Positions 45,801-55,909 of a stretch of DNA of 64,000 nucleotides are shown here, piece by piece. This DNA comes from a virus. Lineage: Duplodnaviria > Heunggongvirae > Uroviricota > Caudoviricetes. The position numbers and the translations under genes were made by a program. Within the stretch, counting starts at the first letter, position 1, and every line of letters starts with the position of its first letter. The notes under the pieces were generated by a model. The model searched no databases. It was not told where the DNA came from and saw only the letters and a list, made by a program, of their open reading frames with translations. The DNA is taken from the IMG/VR virus record IMGVR_UViG_3300045996_004585, positions 1,334-65,333 of that record. The stretch is one strand, 5' to 3'.

Positions 45801-48800
45801 ACGACTGCCTGAAGAGTTTAGGCGCATAGTTTTAAGTGAACGGGCATCTATGGTCAATGGGCACATCGTTCCGGTCAAGGGAGATTACCTTGGTGGAGTT
45901 CAGTTCTATCTAGAACAAGATCAGATCGTAGACGAGGCGACAGCGGCAGCGATCCAGGATGCGCTCGTGCCCTACGTCGAACAGCTTGAGTTCGAAGAGG
46001 AAGAGTACGTCGAAGAGACTAAGCCCGGTGACCAGGATCAGCTATCGCTATTAGGGAAGACAAGTGCCGATTGGGGTTGGCTCATGAACGATATCGAGTA
46101 CAAAGCACAAGAGATTGCTGCTCGTCACAATTGGGAAATGACATTTGAATGGCGGGGGATGCCAATGTCAGATTGGGATGGCCGAAAGTATTACAATGGC
46201 GATATTGGTGGAAGGGTTGACTTTCAGGTTCCCTGGTTTTTAGCAGAGAGTGACGAGACGTGGTTGCCTGATCAGATTACCACTGTCATATTCACTGCGC
46301 CACCTATTGTTGACAAGCTCACTTACTACATTGCACTACATGAGCTAGGGCACATGGCATTCGTGAGTCAATATGGGCGAGATGTTAACAGTCAGGAAGA
46401 AGAGTTCTGGGCGATGCATTGGGCTATTGAGAACGGTGGTGGCGTAGTGGATCGCGCAACTATGGAATACGCCGCTGATTTCGTCAACTCATATTTCACT
46501 GGCGAGGCTGTAGAGCAAGGTATTAAGCGTCGAGCGCCGTCCCTTCCTTACAAGTATGTTGAAGACACACGTTTCCAGCAATTGCCGCTCAGCAAAGTTG
46601 CAGGCACAACGATGTATCGTGTTCTCCCAAAGAAGTTCCGTGATTTTGTGATGAAGCATGGATTAGTTAGATTGCCGGATCACAGTGGCAGCATGGATGA
46701 TGCGAGATTGTACGTTTTTCAAGACTTAGATTCTGCGCGATTGTTTGCAGAACATTATCGTCATTATCAAACCTCAGATATCTGGCGTATCAATGCGCCC
46801 ACTGATCTGCCGATAAAGTTTGACCCACGAGATTATCCACTTCTCGGCGTTGAGCATCCAGATGTAGATGAAGTTGGCTATTGGAAGCCCACACCATTCT
46901 ATCTCCATGTGGATATTCCGCCCGAATATGTAGAGCTTGTCGATACAGTGGTTGGTGCGCGTCAGTTTGATACAAGTCTATCTAAGACCGCCAACGAGGA
47001 CGACATCTGGGTAGATGGCCTGCCATTTCATGAAGCGCTCGATGGTCAAGTGGCGTTCTTACTCTACCCTGATTTGCTCGTAGCTGCCGAAAGCACGGGC
47101 CACAACGACATTAGACGATGGGTGCGAGAGAACAGGCCCGAGTTGTTGCGTGAGGAAATCCTACAGGGCTACAGCCGCGTTGTCCAGGGCAGGCCATCAG
47201 TAAGCTCATACGAGTATGGCTTGCACACTGAAGACTCGTTCCCTGGCCTAACCAAGCGCGTGTTCAACCTCGCGCTCTTCAACGAGGTTGAAGTTGCCGA
47301 CTTCGATGTAATCCGAGGTTTGAGTAAGGAGGCAGCATTGTCTCCTTCAGACTTTGAGAAGGGCGACTACTACACTGAGGTCATCCACAACATCTGGATT
47401 TACAACGGTGTCACCAAGAAGCTTTACTATGGCCACATAAAGCCAACAGTTGAGCGCAATCTTTCGTCATGGGAAGACAACCACCCTGAGCTTATGCGTC
47501 GGTACCGTGATGAGTTGGGTGGCGAGAATCGAGACAAGAATGTCTATGGTTGGTGGGTGAGGCGCATTGATGATGGATCACTTCGACCTATCATCCATAG
47601 TGACGCTTTCTCTAACACACGACGATGGGAGCCGCTAGTCGAAGAGGCATTTGAAGCAGCAAAGGCTGCGATTTCAGAACAAGAGCGACCCATCGTAGAG
47701 GATTACCGTTATTCATCCAGGTGGTCTGAGATGCCGCCGATTGGCTCACAGTGGGAGTGGCACAACGATCAGTTCGAGAATATGCTAACGGTCGTTCGCC
47801 TCGATCCACGCAACGAGGTTGTCATCATCCGTGGTCAAGCGGGACATGAGGTAGAGATTCATCTAGATGACTGGCACGAGTATGTGAGTGATGGCATGTT
47901 AAAGACGGCAGCAGCAACAGATTACATCTGGGTCTACGATCCTAACACAGGAGAACTACTCATACACGAGGAAGATTATGGATTGGTTAGACACGTGACA
48001 TTGATGGCTCAGCTTGGCGACAAAGAATATGCCAAGACGCTTTGGGGTGGTCACTGGCGCGACGGTGAAATAGATGTGCAGCATTGGCCCGCGAAAATAC
48101 TCGATTGGAATATGTCAATAGAGGAACGAGAGCAGGCAACTCAAGAAGCACTCAAGGAAAAGGAAGACGCATACGCTGCGGTAAGAGCCAAGCTTGGCTC
48201 AGTGCGTGTAGGTGCCGCTATTCCTTATGAGTGGGTGGAGTTATACGATTCAGCCAGCGAGCAATACATGAAGGGTTCTTTGCCATTCGTGTATATAGAT
48301 GGCAAAATCTATATTGCTAATGGGTCAGCTTATCACACGGCGATATGGAGAGCGCTGAAGCGAAACGATTTGGTGCGCCACATTAGCACTGATCAATACG
48401 TTCAGGGATGGGTGAGCATTAGTGGTGATATCCACTTCTATGAGGGCGATGAGGCATGGCCTGACCCTGATCCTGAAGTGCTGAAGCAGATTAAACAGGC
48501 AGTAAGAGAAGCACATGATGAGCGCGTCAATGAGCGAGCCGATATGGGAGACTGGTTAACAACGGCGGCATGGCCGAGTAATCCTGCTTGGGTCTATGAC
48601 CCTGAGGTTGATAAGCTTTACGTTGGCCAATGGCACCAGGACATCATTAGAAGGAACAAGCTGATGGGTAAGGCTAAATTAGAGCGTGACCCTGACGGCG
48701 ACTTTGATTTGGTTCGATTCACTACGTCGCTCGTGCTGGGCTGGCATCATGCTGGCGTCTTCTCTGATTATGGCGCGAGTACTGCAACAGAAGAGCAGAA

Positions 48801-51800
48801 GCAGCGAGCGCTTGAACTGGCAGAGGAATACTATGCGGATGTCGATGATGATCCACGATACACGCGCACAGCGGCTGTGCCTAATCCTGTGCCCAAGTAC
48901 AGGTGGGTCGTGATGACCGATGGCACTGTGTTTGTAGACGAGGACGACATCTACTTGAATCACCCGCAGTTGTTCCGCATGAAGGCTAAGCCATTGGGCT
49001 ATACGAAGGACGACATTGCGGATGCTGGATATCGCTCACAGTCTTATATGAGGATGCTTCCTTGGTATCAGGAGAATGCTGATACGTATGCGGTTGAGGA
49101 TGACGAGAGGGTAAAACGACACACAGGCAATCTGGTAGTGCGCGATGATCCGCGCACTGATATCTTCATCTTCACTTATTCGCCGCAGTCAGACACGATG
49201 ATCATCGGCAATCGGAGATGGAATCACACTAGGTACTGGCAGAGTGATGATCAGGGGCTAATTGCAGGTGGCGTTAACCTAACGAGCGGGCTATGGTTCT
49301 ACGATGAGAGTATGGTCACGGCAGAGATAGAGGCGCGAGTAGAAGAACTAATAGACGAGTGGCGATCTTCTAACATAGGAGTAGGAGATAACACCACAAC
49401 ACCCACGGTATCAAGCCATCAGTCTACTGGAACAACCGCAGAGAATAGCGGTCAGTCTCGCCCTATACTCAGCACAACTGTCCTACAGGATTCTGCCCTG
49501 GTACCTAGTACTGCGCAGCTAGCACAGTTAGATGGCCAGGTCAAGGGCAATCACGATAAGCTGTGGGGTGTGATGACTGCACCGCATCCATCAGCATGGA
49601 TGCCCGCCACATATCCCGCCATCACCGCCACTCATACCGCCATGGATACAACACACGACCTTCTAACATCAGAGTGGTCACCTACACCTAGACCCGTACA
49701 CCTAGACCCCCACCAAGGTGGCACCATAGGGTACCCCCAGGGGTATACCGGAAAGGTGCTTTTCCCGACTGACACTACTTCAGCCTTTTCGGGTACTAGA
49801 CTGGCAGACTGGGACGAGGATTCCCCTAACATCGACGTAGCCTACACTGAAGCGCATGGATGGCGGGTATATCTGCTGGATACCAGCCTAATCCCCGGCC
49901 CTCCACCCTGGGAGAATCTGCGTAGGCCAGCGCATTGGAGCAAGGAACAGAAGCTGATCTTCATTGGTTCAGAGGGCACTCACCACAATCCATTGTTGAG
50001 GGGTCTGATCCTCACTGGGCTTGTTCAAAGCCCGGAGGATATCAATGATCTGAAGTGGGAAATCATCCTCCCTACAGGTGAGATACGCATGTCTCTACGC
50101 TTCGAAGAGGGGGCGCAGGAGGCAGTGAATGAAGCGCTGGGCACTGATTACGACCCATTGAAGAAGAACATTCCTGTCGGTTTGGAAGAGGGTCTGCGCG
50201 TGGACACATCTCGGACAGGTGCCGAGGAAAGTATGTCCGAGAATGAGATGTCATATGGAGGATGGACACTGCGAAGATTGCCTGACACTACAGTGTACGG
50301 CATGGGTACTAGATGGTCATGGGTAGCCAACCCTGACACCAGGGAGATTGTCTATGGATCAGGTTGGACTCACCGACCACTTTTCAAAGAATTGGGCTTG
50401 AGAGGCGATCATGCAGTCAACTTGAAAGAACGATCAAAACCTGCTGCTGGTATTGTCTGGGATGATGGGACTAGTTGGTTGTATGGTAATGCATTTATTG
50501 GCAACACAGTTGAAACAATCATGAAAGACGTATACCTGAAATCAAGTGCAAATGAGCCTCCTAGGCTCCCTAGACACACGGGCGCTATTCAGCTTCGTGA
50601 GGGCTGGGTATGGGGCGAGTGGCATCACCCTGAAGATGTCTATACGCCGCAGCCGTTCATCTACCAGAACCACACTCTTTGGTTAGGGGGCGACGATGCT
50701 CCTACACATCCTTTCGTTGTACGGAAGTATGGCCTAGATCGGGAGAAGCCCATGCTGCCGGGTTGGGTCTATCATGAGTCGAAGCAGATCGCTTTCCAGT
50801 CGTGGGAAGAGAATGTAGACCGGAGCCTCATCGAGGAAGCCATGCCGCTGATCTTGGCCTCTCTTCCTGAGGGGTATCAGAGAGTGCCGCAACGTACCAC
50901 GGCAGCTTCTGAATGGACTATCCATCTCGTGGACAATGCGCCTTACGAAGATGTAGGAAGCGATTGGTTATGGGCACCCACGCGATTCCCTGTTCTTTTC
51001 CAGAAGGAGCGAAAGATCATGTTCGTCGGCACGCAGCCTGGGTCGCATCACGTGCCTCTTATGAGGGCAATGAAAGAAAGTGTGCCATTCCAGGCATACA
51101 CTACACCAACGATTCGACCCACCCTATCGTGGGATTTCTTGGACAACGGCAAGCCGGGACGTGGCGACCATGCTATCGGCAGTACGCCCGGTGGAAGACA
51201 GGCCGTCCAAAAGGCATGGGCGATGCTACACCCAAAGAAGCCTGAACCAGCGGATCAGCTATCGCTCTTTGAAGCGAAGACGAGTGATTTCTATCCCCGC
51301 GAGAGAGCGTTCGCCTTCATTGATGGCAGACTGATTTTCGGCACTTCTCATAGCTCGATTCTGCGAAGAGCGAGGGAGGAAGGATTGTTGCTGAGCGATG
51401 ACCCGCAAATTGATCTGGGCTGGATGCAGCAATTAGATGACGACCACTGGGAGCCTGAGTCTATCTCATATGACAACAACGCCTTCGTTCGCTCTAGTTC
51501 CGAGTACCGAGCGCAAATGCTGGCTGAGGCACGCCGATTGTGGCCTGAGCATATGAGGAACTTGAAGGTTTCAAAGGACTCTCTTGTACTTGTAGATCAG
51601 CATCTCTGGGATGATGTCGCTCCGCACGTCAAGACCTTCAAACTTCATGATAGCGAAACGCAAACCGATGTCGGCAAGATCACGTATGGAATCATAGAGG
51701 ATGAGAAGAGAATCCATGTTGGCACGATGCATGTCGATGGGTTGTACCGCAAGACGGATGCTTTCATGCGACTAATTGAGCCTCTTGTACCGTACCTCTC

Positions 51801-53349
51801 CCAGGGCTATACCTTAGATGCTACGTATGTGAACCCGCGCTTGAAGAATGTGGTAGAGCGCTGGTTCGGTCGGCATGCAACATTGGGAGACATCGGCTCA
51901 GACTTCTTCTGTTGGGTCTACTGTGGTCAGTGTAAGCAGCTATGGATCGACGGTTACTCCTACCACGGTGACCTATACCGGAACAATCCTGAGATTAGAC
52001 GGGTGCATGCAAAAGAAGGCCATTCTCTTATCTGGGGTCAAGTCGCACTCTATGACAACCCTCCTATCCGCATGTACTCAGATTGGTATGAAGGCTGGGC
52101 TGATCAGCAAGAGAAGCCAGGAACCGACGATGGCTATGACTATGAAAGAGATGATGAGCTATTCGCAAACGCACAGCAGTTTGGTTACTTCAAGGAAGCT
52201 GAGCCTCTTGTTGAGGCTTGGCTGGATAAGGAGCGCGAAGGATGGAGAAAGGATGCGGCTGTCACCGACTGGGAAGTTGTCGATGTCACCACCATAATGG
52301 AAGGCAATGATAATCGCATCTTCAAGCCTGACCGTATTGCATTTGTAGCTGATACGGAATCTAAGCTCATTGCGATTGGTCGTGGCCTATACCACAAGCC
52401 CTTGATCAGGATGCTGGTAGACAACATGATAGGTAACACAGAAGTCGAGCATGGAGCAGAGCTTAACCGCAACGAAGGCTTGCGTGACAGATTCGTGGCT
52501 GGATACTACTTCCAGGCCGACAAGCATTTCGATCCTGAGTCAGGCTATCACTTAGAAGGAAGAGAGGTTCAGACGGCTGTTGCACTGTACGTGGATCAAC
52601 ATCCGGTGTTAAGCAAGACGGCAGCTATCAAGATTGTAGAGGTCGATACAACAGGCGTGCAGTACGATGATTGGATTGGCGAAGACATCGCAAAGGTGCG
52701 TCGCCCAATGCTCTATCAGCCATGGGACGACACCGTGTACATCGGGCCGACAAAGGGTCTTCATGGGCAGATAGCTAGGAAGCTGGGATGGGATAAGACG
52801 TGGTGGGATGATTCATTGCGAGGCATGATCGTCCGAGATGAAATTTTGTGGTTTGGTAGCGTACCCCAAGAGGCTCAAGATGCCGTGCAAGCTTGGCATG
52901 ATGACAGAAGCCATCTGCGAACAGCAGGAACACAGGACGCTGATTTGGCTTTCGATCCGTTCAGTAATAGGCCCAATGCCAAGGGTCTGCGTGGAGAAGA
53001 CTACGGACTTGACCCCCGTGGAACCTTCGTTTACGTGGACGGTGTGCTATTCTGGGGCGACCGTATTCACCCGCGCATGTTGAAGCAGATTATGGAGGAA
53101 CACTTCGATATCCCCGATCCCAAGATTGCTGACTTCAAGAACTTCATCGCTACGCACGAGACAGCTTTCGGGCGTGTACGTTGGGAAGGTGAGTTCCTTT
53201 GGTACATGGGAGGTACGCCCGAGTTTGCTGAAGAGACAGCGGTGAGTTTCGTTAGTTGGGATTTTGGAGATACCGCGCCTGAAACTAAAGAGAAGGTGTT
53301 GGCTGAAATCCGCAAGTATGCTCCTGACCTAGAAATGGAAGAAGAGTAA
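42835..53349 (+). CDS. giant polyvalent protein (3504 aa) with ~20 repeated modules, HNH nuclease motif and HExxH zincin motif
   Basis: Uninterrupted 10.5-kb ORF (alternative starts at 42856 and 42871). HNH motif CAYCGGPGATSWDHVIPLSQGGQNAIENLLPCHRECN at nt ~44380-44492. HExxH motif ALHELGHMAF at nt ~46339. About 20 copies of the module [FW]-x-[FWY]-h-Y-x-D-G-x-L-Y-h-x(5-7)-H-x-x-h-h-R. Low-complexity linker at ~49380-49800. Confidence 0.8.
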   Translation: MDGLRRSMKQRHMKRQISKLAARVYDALVEDVRANLTPELLKPEFRESPFPTGHCYVAAEAIYHLAGGPESGLKPMRLRMPDGVVHWWLQTAEGEVIDPTHDQYHEPVPYAQGRSGGFLTASPSKRAREVMKRVTGAVKTAQELVLIEPREYKFHGGGYPFFYIPSEQKLYVMPAHAFHTDMALNDPELRELIKNYMVNTYRTTTAPYIPGRIHLDRPGATDGEVDVYGEIVGIDAKNHWQPILQSMVDQWWGTEIPVTTSDYQGDEFEAEPDELGEYRDVLSGYEQQMGRVAKIVNLPAFEKTHDGDEPTKDTWRRTFVYLPTTDTLYLANHNAYHTDIWRWIAEQNPDMDWEPLHNREVEPSLGLIQRNYDDKQLEVHYYHAEGAPLPDHMMFELEEHLGEHMSQVPWQYPRPLADDWYGDWDDDDYGATEQWPTDTKSIARLSTQFDHPIENPVNYDFVPLSPLETTAWDTLTPRERHWWRRKALKLNNYSDNRGKVRPQDLHALYTRYQGFCAYCGGPGATSWDHVIPLSQGGQNAIENLLPCHRECNGQLNDWDQRMNPFDPNSQTKPPGYWGFQPAEAAVDWSRSDRVPYQFGFAFMYHEGELYVTHNGHHPDLMREYLRQQGSQELEAIQGVRAFKEQVKAGKTVFGWVNRDDIEFVSGSAGDDMAWHADPKLKAEAHGAVKQYMQEHKTAGTLSTKFINITDDIWPNYPHKDSSSFAWMYLDGTLYVLNTGHHPDIMRWYLKNKALGSRDLARAFKEAIGEGRAVFGWTVNADSAVLSGNAPDSMARQAPPELQAEALAACDAYIESLRATYKRAGTQPVELMVSDDRRWHFDDYLKRYDRFAWVYFDGTLYCGDLHRDIMAEMRREGLDFRNGAYYGWYDPWGKEAPKQPNGIDYVTDYGEQHEALLPEVEAFFERYPPKAVLDYLKHGTRLGAAPMKVMRVKTPRTKFRGVYGMPFSYVPSLNTIFLADSHTYHTRMWPRLPEEFRRIVLSERASMVNGHIVPVKGDYLGGVQFYLEQDQIVDEATAAAIQDALVPYVEQLEFEEEEYVEETKPGDQDQLSLLGKTSADWGWLMNDIEYKAQEIAARHNWEMTFEWRGMPMSDWDGRKYYNGDIGGRVDFQVPWFLAESDETWLPDQITTVIFTAPPIVDKLTYYIALHELGHMAFVSQYGRDVNSQEEEFWAMHWAIENGGGVVDRATMEYAADFVNSYFTGEAVEQGIKRRAPSLPYKYVEDTRFQQLPLSKVAGTTMYRVLPKKFRDFVMKHGLVRLPDHSGSMDDARLYVFQDLDSARLFAEHYRHYQTSDIWRINAPTDLPIKFDPRDYPLLGVEHPDVDEVGYWKPTPFYLHVDIPPEYVELVDTVVGARQFDTSLSKTANEDDIWVDGLPFHEALDGQVAFLLYPDLLVAAESTGHNDIRRWVRENRPELLREEILQGYSRVVQGRPSVSSYEYGLHTEDSFPGLTKRVFNLALFNEVEVADFDVIRGLSKEAALSPSDFEKGDYYTEVIHNIWIYNGVTKKLYYGHIKPTVERNLSSWEDNHPELMRRYRDELGGENRDKNVYGWWVRRIDDGSLRPIIHSDAFSNTRRWEPLVEEAFEAAKAAISEQERPIVEDYRYSSRWSEMPPIGSQWEWHNDQFENMLTVVRLDPRNEVVIIRGQAGHEVEIHLDDWHEYVSDGMLKTAAATDYIWVYDPNTGELLIHEEDYGLVRHVTLMAQLGDKEYAKTLWGGHWRDGEIDVQHWPAKILDWNMSIEEREQATQEALKEKEDAYAAVRAKLGSVRVGAAIPYEWVELYDSASEQYMKGSLPFVYIDGKIYIANGSAYHTAIWRALKRNDLVRHISTDQYVQGWVSISGDIHFYEGDEAWPDPDPEVLKQIKQAVREAHDERVNERADMGDWLTTAAWPSNPAWVYDPEVDKLYVGQWHQDIIRRNKLMGKAKLERDPDGDFDLVRFTTSLVLGWHHAGVFSDYGASTATEEQKQRALELAEEYYADVDDDPRYTRTAAVPNPVPKYRWVVMTDGTVFVDEDDIYLNHPQLFRMKAKPLGYTKDDIADAGYRSQSYMRMLPWYQENADTYAVEDDERVKRHTGNLVVRDDPRTDIFIFTYSPQSDTMIIGNRRWNHTRYWQSDDQGLIAGGVNLTSGLWFYDESMVTAEIEARVEELIDEWRSSNIGVGDNTTTPTVSSHQSTGTTAENSGQSRPILSTTVLQDSALVPSTAQLAQLDGQVKGNHDKLWGVMTAPHPSAWMPATYPAITATHTAMDTTHDLLTSEWSPTPRPVHLDPHQGGTIGYPQGYTGKVLFPTDTTSAFSGTRLADWDEDSPNIDVAYTEAHGWRVYLLDTSLIPGPPPWENLRRPAHWSKEQKLIFIGSEGTHHNPLLRGLILTGLVQSPEDINDLKWEIILPTGEIRMSLRFEEGAQEAVNEALGTDYDPLKKNIPVGLEEGLRVDTSRTGAEESMSENEMSYGGWTLRRLPDTTVYGMGTRWSWVANPDTREIVYGSGWTHRPLFKELGLRGDHAVNLKERSKPAAGIVWDDGTSWLYGNAFIGNTVETIMKDVYLKSSANEPPRLPRHTGAIQLREGWVWGEWHHPEDVYTPQPFIYQNHTLWLGGDDAPTHPFVVRKYGLDREKPMLPGWVYHESKQIAFQSWEENVDRSLIEEAMPLILASLPEGYQRVPQRTTAASEWTIHLVDNAPYEDVGSDWLWAPTRFPVLFQKERKIMFVGTQPGSHHVPLMRAMKESVPFQAYTTPTIRPTLSWDFLDNGKPGRGDHAIGSTPGGRQAVQKAWAMLHPKKPEPADQLSLFEAKTSDFYPRERAFAFIDGRLIFGTSHSSILRRAREEGLLLSDDPQIDLGWMQQLDDDHWEPESISYDNNAFVRSSSEYRAQMLAEARRLWPEHMRNLKVSKDSLVLVDQHLWDDVAPHVKTFKLHDSETQTDVGKITYGIIEDEKRIHVGTMHVDGLYRKTDAFMRLIEPLVPYLSQGYTLDATYVNPRLKNVVERWFGRHATLGDIGSDFFCWVYCGQCKQLWIDGYSYHGDLYRNNPEIRRVHAKEGHSLIWGQVALYDNPPIRMYSDWYEGWADQQEKPGTDDGYDYERDDELFANAQQFGYFKEAEPLVEAWLDKEREGWRKDAAVTDWEVVDVTTIMEGNDNRIFKPDRIAFVADTESKLIAIGRGLYHKPLIRMLVDNMIGNTEVEHGAELNRNEGLRDRFVAGYYFQADKHFDPESGYHLEGREVQTAVALYVDQHPVLSKTAAIKIVEVDTTGVQYDDWIGEDIAKVRRPMLYQPWDDTVYIGPTKGLHGQIARKLGWDKTWWDDSLRGMIVRDEILWFGSVPQEAQDAVQAWHDDRSHLRTAGTQDADLAFDPFSNRPNAKGLRGEDYGLDPRGTFVYVDGVLFWGDRIHPRMLKQIMEEHFDIPDPKIADFKNFIATHETAFGRVRWEGEFLWYMGGTPEFAEETAVSFVSWDFGDTAPETKEKVLAEIRKYAPDLEMEEE

Positions 53350-55623
53350 ATGGCACCACGAGTTCTATATCACTACAGTGACCCAGCTAACCGCGAGTCC
53401 ATTCAGTTAGGAGGGCTTTCGCCTGACTTCGATTTCACAGGTCTTGGCGCGGTCTATCTCTCCACTGAGCCTCTTGACACTTCAGATGAGGCTGACGTGT
53501 GGCGCGTTTATACTCAGGGACTTGACGTTGTTGACGATGTTTCAACGCCAGGTTTCGAAGGCGAGTGGTTCATGTACTACGGTGTCATTCCGCCCGAGCG
53601 CCTAGAGTTGATGGGCGAGTGGGAAAAGGCAGCCAAGTGGAAGAAGATGGCCGAGACTTACATGGGGTGGCCCAAGTTCGACCGTGGTGACAAGGTGATC
53701 GTTTTGGGCTATGGAGAGAAGGGCACTGTCGATTCTGCTCACTGGGTAGAGGATCGAGACGAATGGTGGTATCGCGTCTGGACTATTGTCGATGGTATTC
53801 ATGAGCTTACTCCTGTTCCAGAAAGCGACCTTGAGCGCCTTAGCGCGGGACTCGATGATAATGCTGACCTAGATCAGCCGTCTGCCTGGACGCTCAAAGA
53901 CTTCGGAATCCCACCTGAAGCAGAAGAATACTTCCGTTCAGCGGGATTACGTGACCAAATTGAGTGGATACGCGCTCAAGTGGGGATAGATGGTGAAGAG
54001 TTTGAGCCAACCAGGGCAGCGACACCCTGGGCTAAGGGTAAGTCAAATGGAATGTGGTACTGCCGTAAGTGTGGCGAAGGGCCATGGGATAAGTTGTGGT
54101 ACGCGCAACAACACACACAATCTCGACATCCAATAGCGAAATATGTTACAATGGATAGGATGAGTGCTAACCAAGCACAGCTTGACGCTATCCGCGAAAC
54201 CTATGAGGCGGATATCAACGCCCGTGCCGCAACGGACGCGCTGACGGCTGCCGGTGGACGGGTCTTCATCGTTGGTGGGGCCGTTCGTGACGCTTTCCTT
54301 GGAAGACCGTCCAAGGACGTAGATTTGATGTGTCAAGGCTTGACTGGCGACGAGATTATGGCGGCGCTGTCTCCCTTGGGCATCGTCAAGCTGACGGGCG
54401 AAGCGTTCGGCGTCTACCGCTTCAGGCTCCCTAACACAGACGCAAGTCAAGAGGTTGAGATTGCCCTTCCTCGTACCGAGCGCTCCACAGGCGCTGGCCA
54501 CAAGGACTTTGAGGTTCAGACTGATCCTTACCTCGACCCTGTGGTCGATCTACAGCGCCGTGACTTCACTGGAAACGCGATGGCCTATGATCCTGTCGGC
54601 AATGAGCTTCTCGACCCGCACGGGGGCGCTGATGACCTTACAGCGGGTCGCCTGAGGTTGGTCAATGACAGCGCGCTTGCAGATGACCCTCTGAGAATCG
54701 TGCGCGCACTTGTGGCAAACGCTCGCTTCGGACTTCAGCCTGATGAAGACCTACTTGACGCGCTGTCTGCGAACGCACACAGACTAAAGTCTCTCCCTGG
54801 CGAGCGCATCCAGATGGAGATGGATAAGCTGCTCGCTGGCGACAACCCTGCGGGGGCTATGGAGATTGCTGCTGCCTCAGGGTTGATTGACTACATGGTG
54901 CCCGAGCTTGCCGCTGCGGTTGGCTTCGATCAGATGAACCCGCACCATGACCTGAGTGTCTACGATCATACGATGGAAGTCTTAAGGGCGGCAGCACGCC
55001 TAACAACCGATCCTGACATTCGCCTAGCTGCACTCTTCCACGATGCTGGTAAGCCCGAATCCTTCTGGCGAGATGAGACTGCACCCGAGGGTGGCGGCGG
55101 GCACTTCTACAAGAAGGTGTTGGAGGACGGCACTGAGATTGGGGAGAACCATGAAGAGGTTTCTGCTCGCTTGGTCGAGGCGTTCATGAAGCGCCTGCGC
55201 TACCCTAACGACCGCATGAAGCGTGTCACGACGCTGTGCGCCAACCATATGTTCCCGTACTTCAAGACCGAGAAGGGGGCACGTAAGTTCTTGGCCGCAC
55301 TCGACGGTGACTTCAAGCTGGCTGAGGATTTGCTGACTCTTCGTGAGGCCGATGCTTCAGGTAAGAGGGATGGTTCAATCAATGAGCGTGACCGCAAGGC
55401 AATCGACCGCGCAAGAGAATTGCTCGCAGCAGCGAAGGAAAACAACACTGCCGTCACGGTGAAGGACTTGGCTGTGAATGGCCACGACTTGATGCAGTTT
55501 GGACTGAAAGGGCCGCAGATTGGGCAAGCTCAGAAGAAGCTGCTTGAAGTTATCATCGACAATCCAGAACTCAATGAACGAGAATCATTGCTTAGACTGT
55601 TGAGGGACGGCCTGGTGGGTTAA
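53350..55623 (+). CDS. CCA-adding-enzyme-like nucleotidyltransferase + HD domain protein with Tpt1/KptA-like ART-fold N-terminal domain
   Basis: Pol-beta head motif VFIVGGAVRDAFLGRPSKDVDLM; HD motifs HHDLSVYDHTMEV and LFHDAGKP; N-terminal VLYHYSDPANRESIQLGGLSP ... VYLSTEP ... VIPPERLEL. Confidence 0.7.
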   Translation: MAPRVLYHYSDPANRESIQLGGLSPDFDFTGLGAVYLSTEPLDTSDEADVWRVYTQGLDVVDDVSTPGFEGEWFMYYGVIPPERLELMGEWEKAAKWKKMAETYMGWPKFDRGDKVIVLGYGEKGTVDSAHWVEDRDEWWYRVWTIVDGIHELTPVPESDLERLSAGLDDNADLDQPSAWTLKDFGIPPEAEEYFRSAGLRDQIEWIRAQVGIDGEEFEPTRAATPWAKGKSNGMWYCRKCGEGPWDKLWYAQQHTQSRHPIAKYVTMDRMSANQAQLDAIRETYEADINARAATDALTAAGGRVFIVGGAVRDAFLGRPSKDVDLMCQGLTGDEIMAALSPLGIVKLTGEAFGVYRFRLPNTDASQEVEIALPRTERSTGAGHKDFEVQTDPYLDPVVDLQRRDFTGNAMAYDPVGNELLDPHGGADDLTAGRLRLVNDSALADDPLRIVRALVANARFGLQPDEDLLDALSANAHRLKSLPGERIQMEMDKLLAGDNPAGAMEIAAASGLIDYMVPELAAAVGFDQMNPHHDLSVYDHTMEVLRAAARLTTDPDIRLAALFHDAGKPESFWRDETAPEGGGGHFYKKVLEDGTEIGENHEEVSARLVEAFMKRLRYPNDRMKRVTTLCANHMFPYFKTEKGARKFLAALDGDFKLAEDLLTLREADASGKRDGSINERDRKAIDRARELLAAAKENNTAVTVKDLAVNGHDLMQFGLKGPQIGQAQKKLLEVIIDNPELNERESLLRLLRDGLVG

Positions 55624-55624
55624 C

Positions 55625-55909
55625 GTGATGTTTGATCCTTCACTACTCAGCGAGAAATTGAGAGATGGAACAGTCTCGTATGAGGGCGGCTTTAATCTGG
55701 GCTTGAAGGGTCACGTTCGTCAGTTGCTTGTCATCACTGGGCAAATCAAACATGAGTACGATGATGGCATGGGTGCCGCGACCGGCAAGATTGGCAAAGC
55801 ATGGGTCATGGGCAACTTAGATGGACTAGCTACTGGTGGCCACGAAGACATGTTGACCGAAGATCAGATGAGACTTGCGCACGAGTGGCTAGACTCAGAA
55901 CCTGACTAG
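55625..55909 (+). CDS. hypothetical protein
   Basis: Sits between two large genes; GTGATG junction. Confidence 0.35.
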   Translation: MMFDPSLLSEKLRDGTVSYEGGFNLGLKGHVRQLLVITGQIKHEYDDGMGAATGKIGKAWVMGNLDGLATGGHEDMLTEDQMRLAHEWLDSEPD

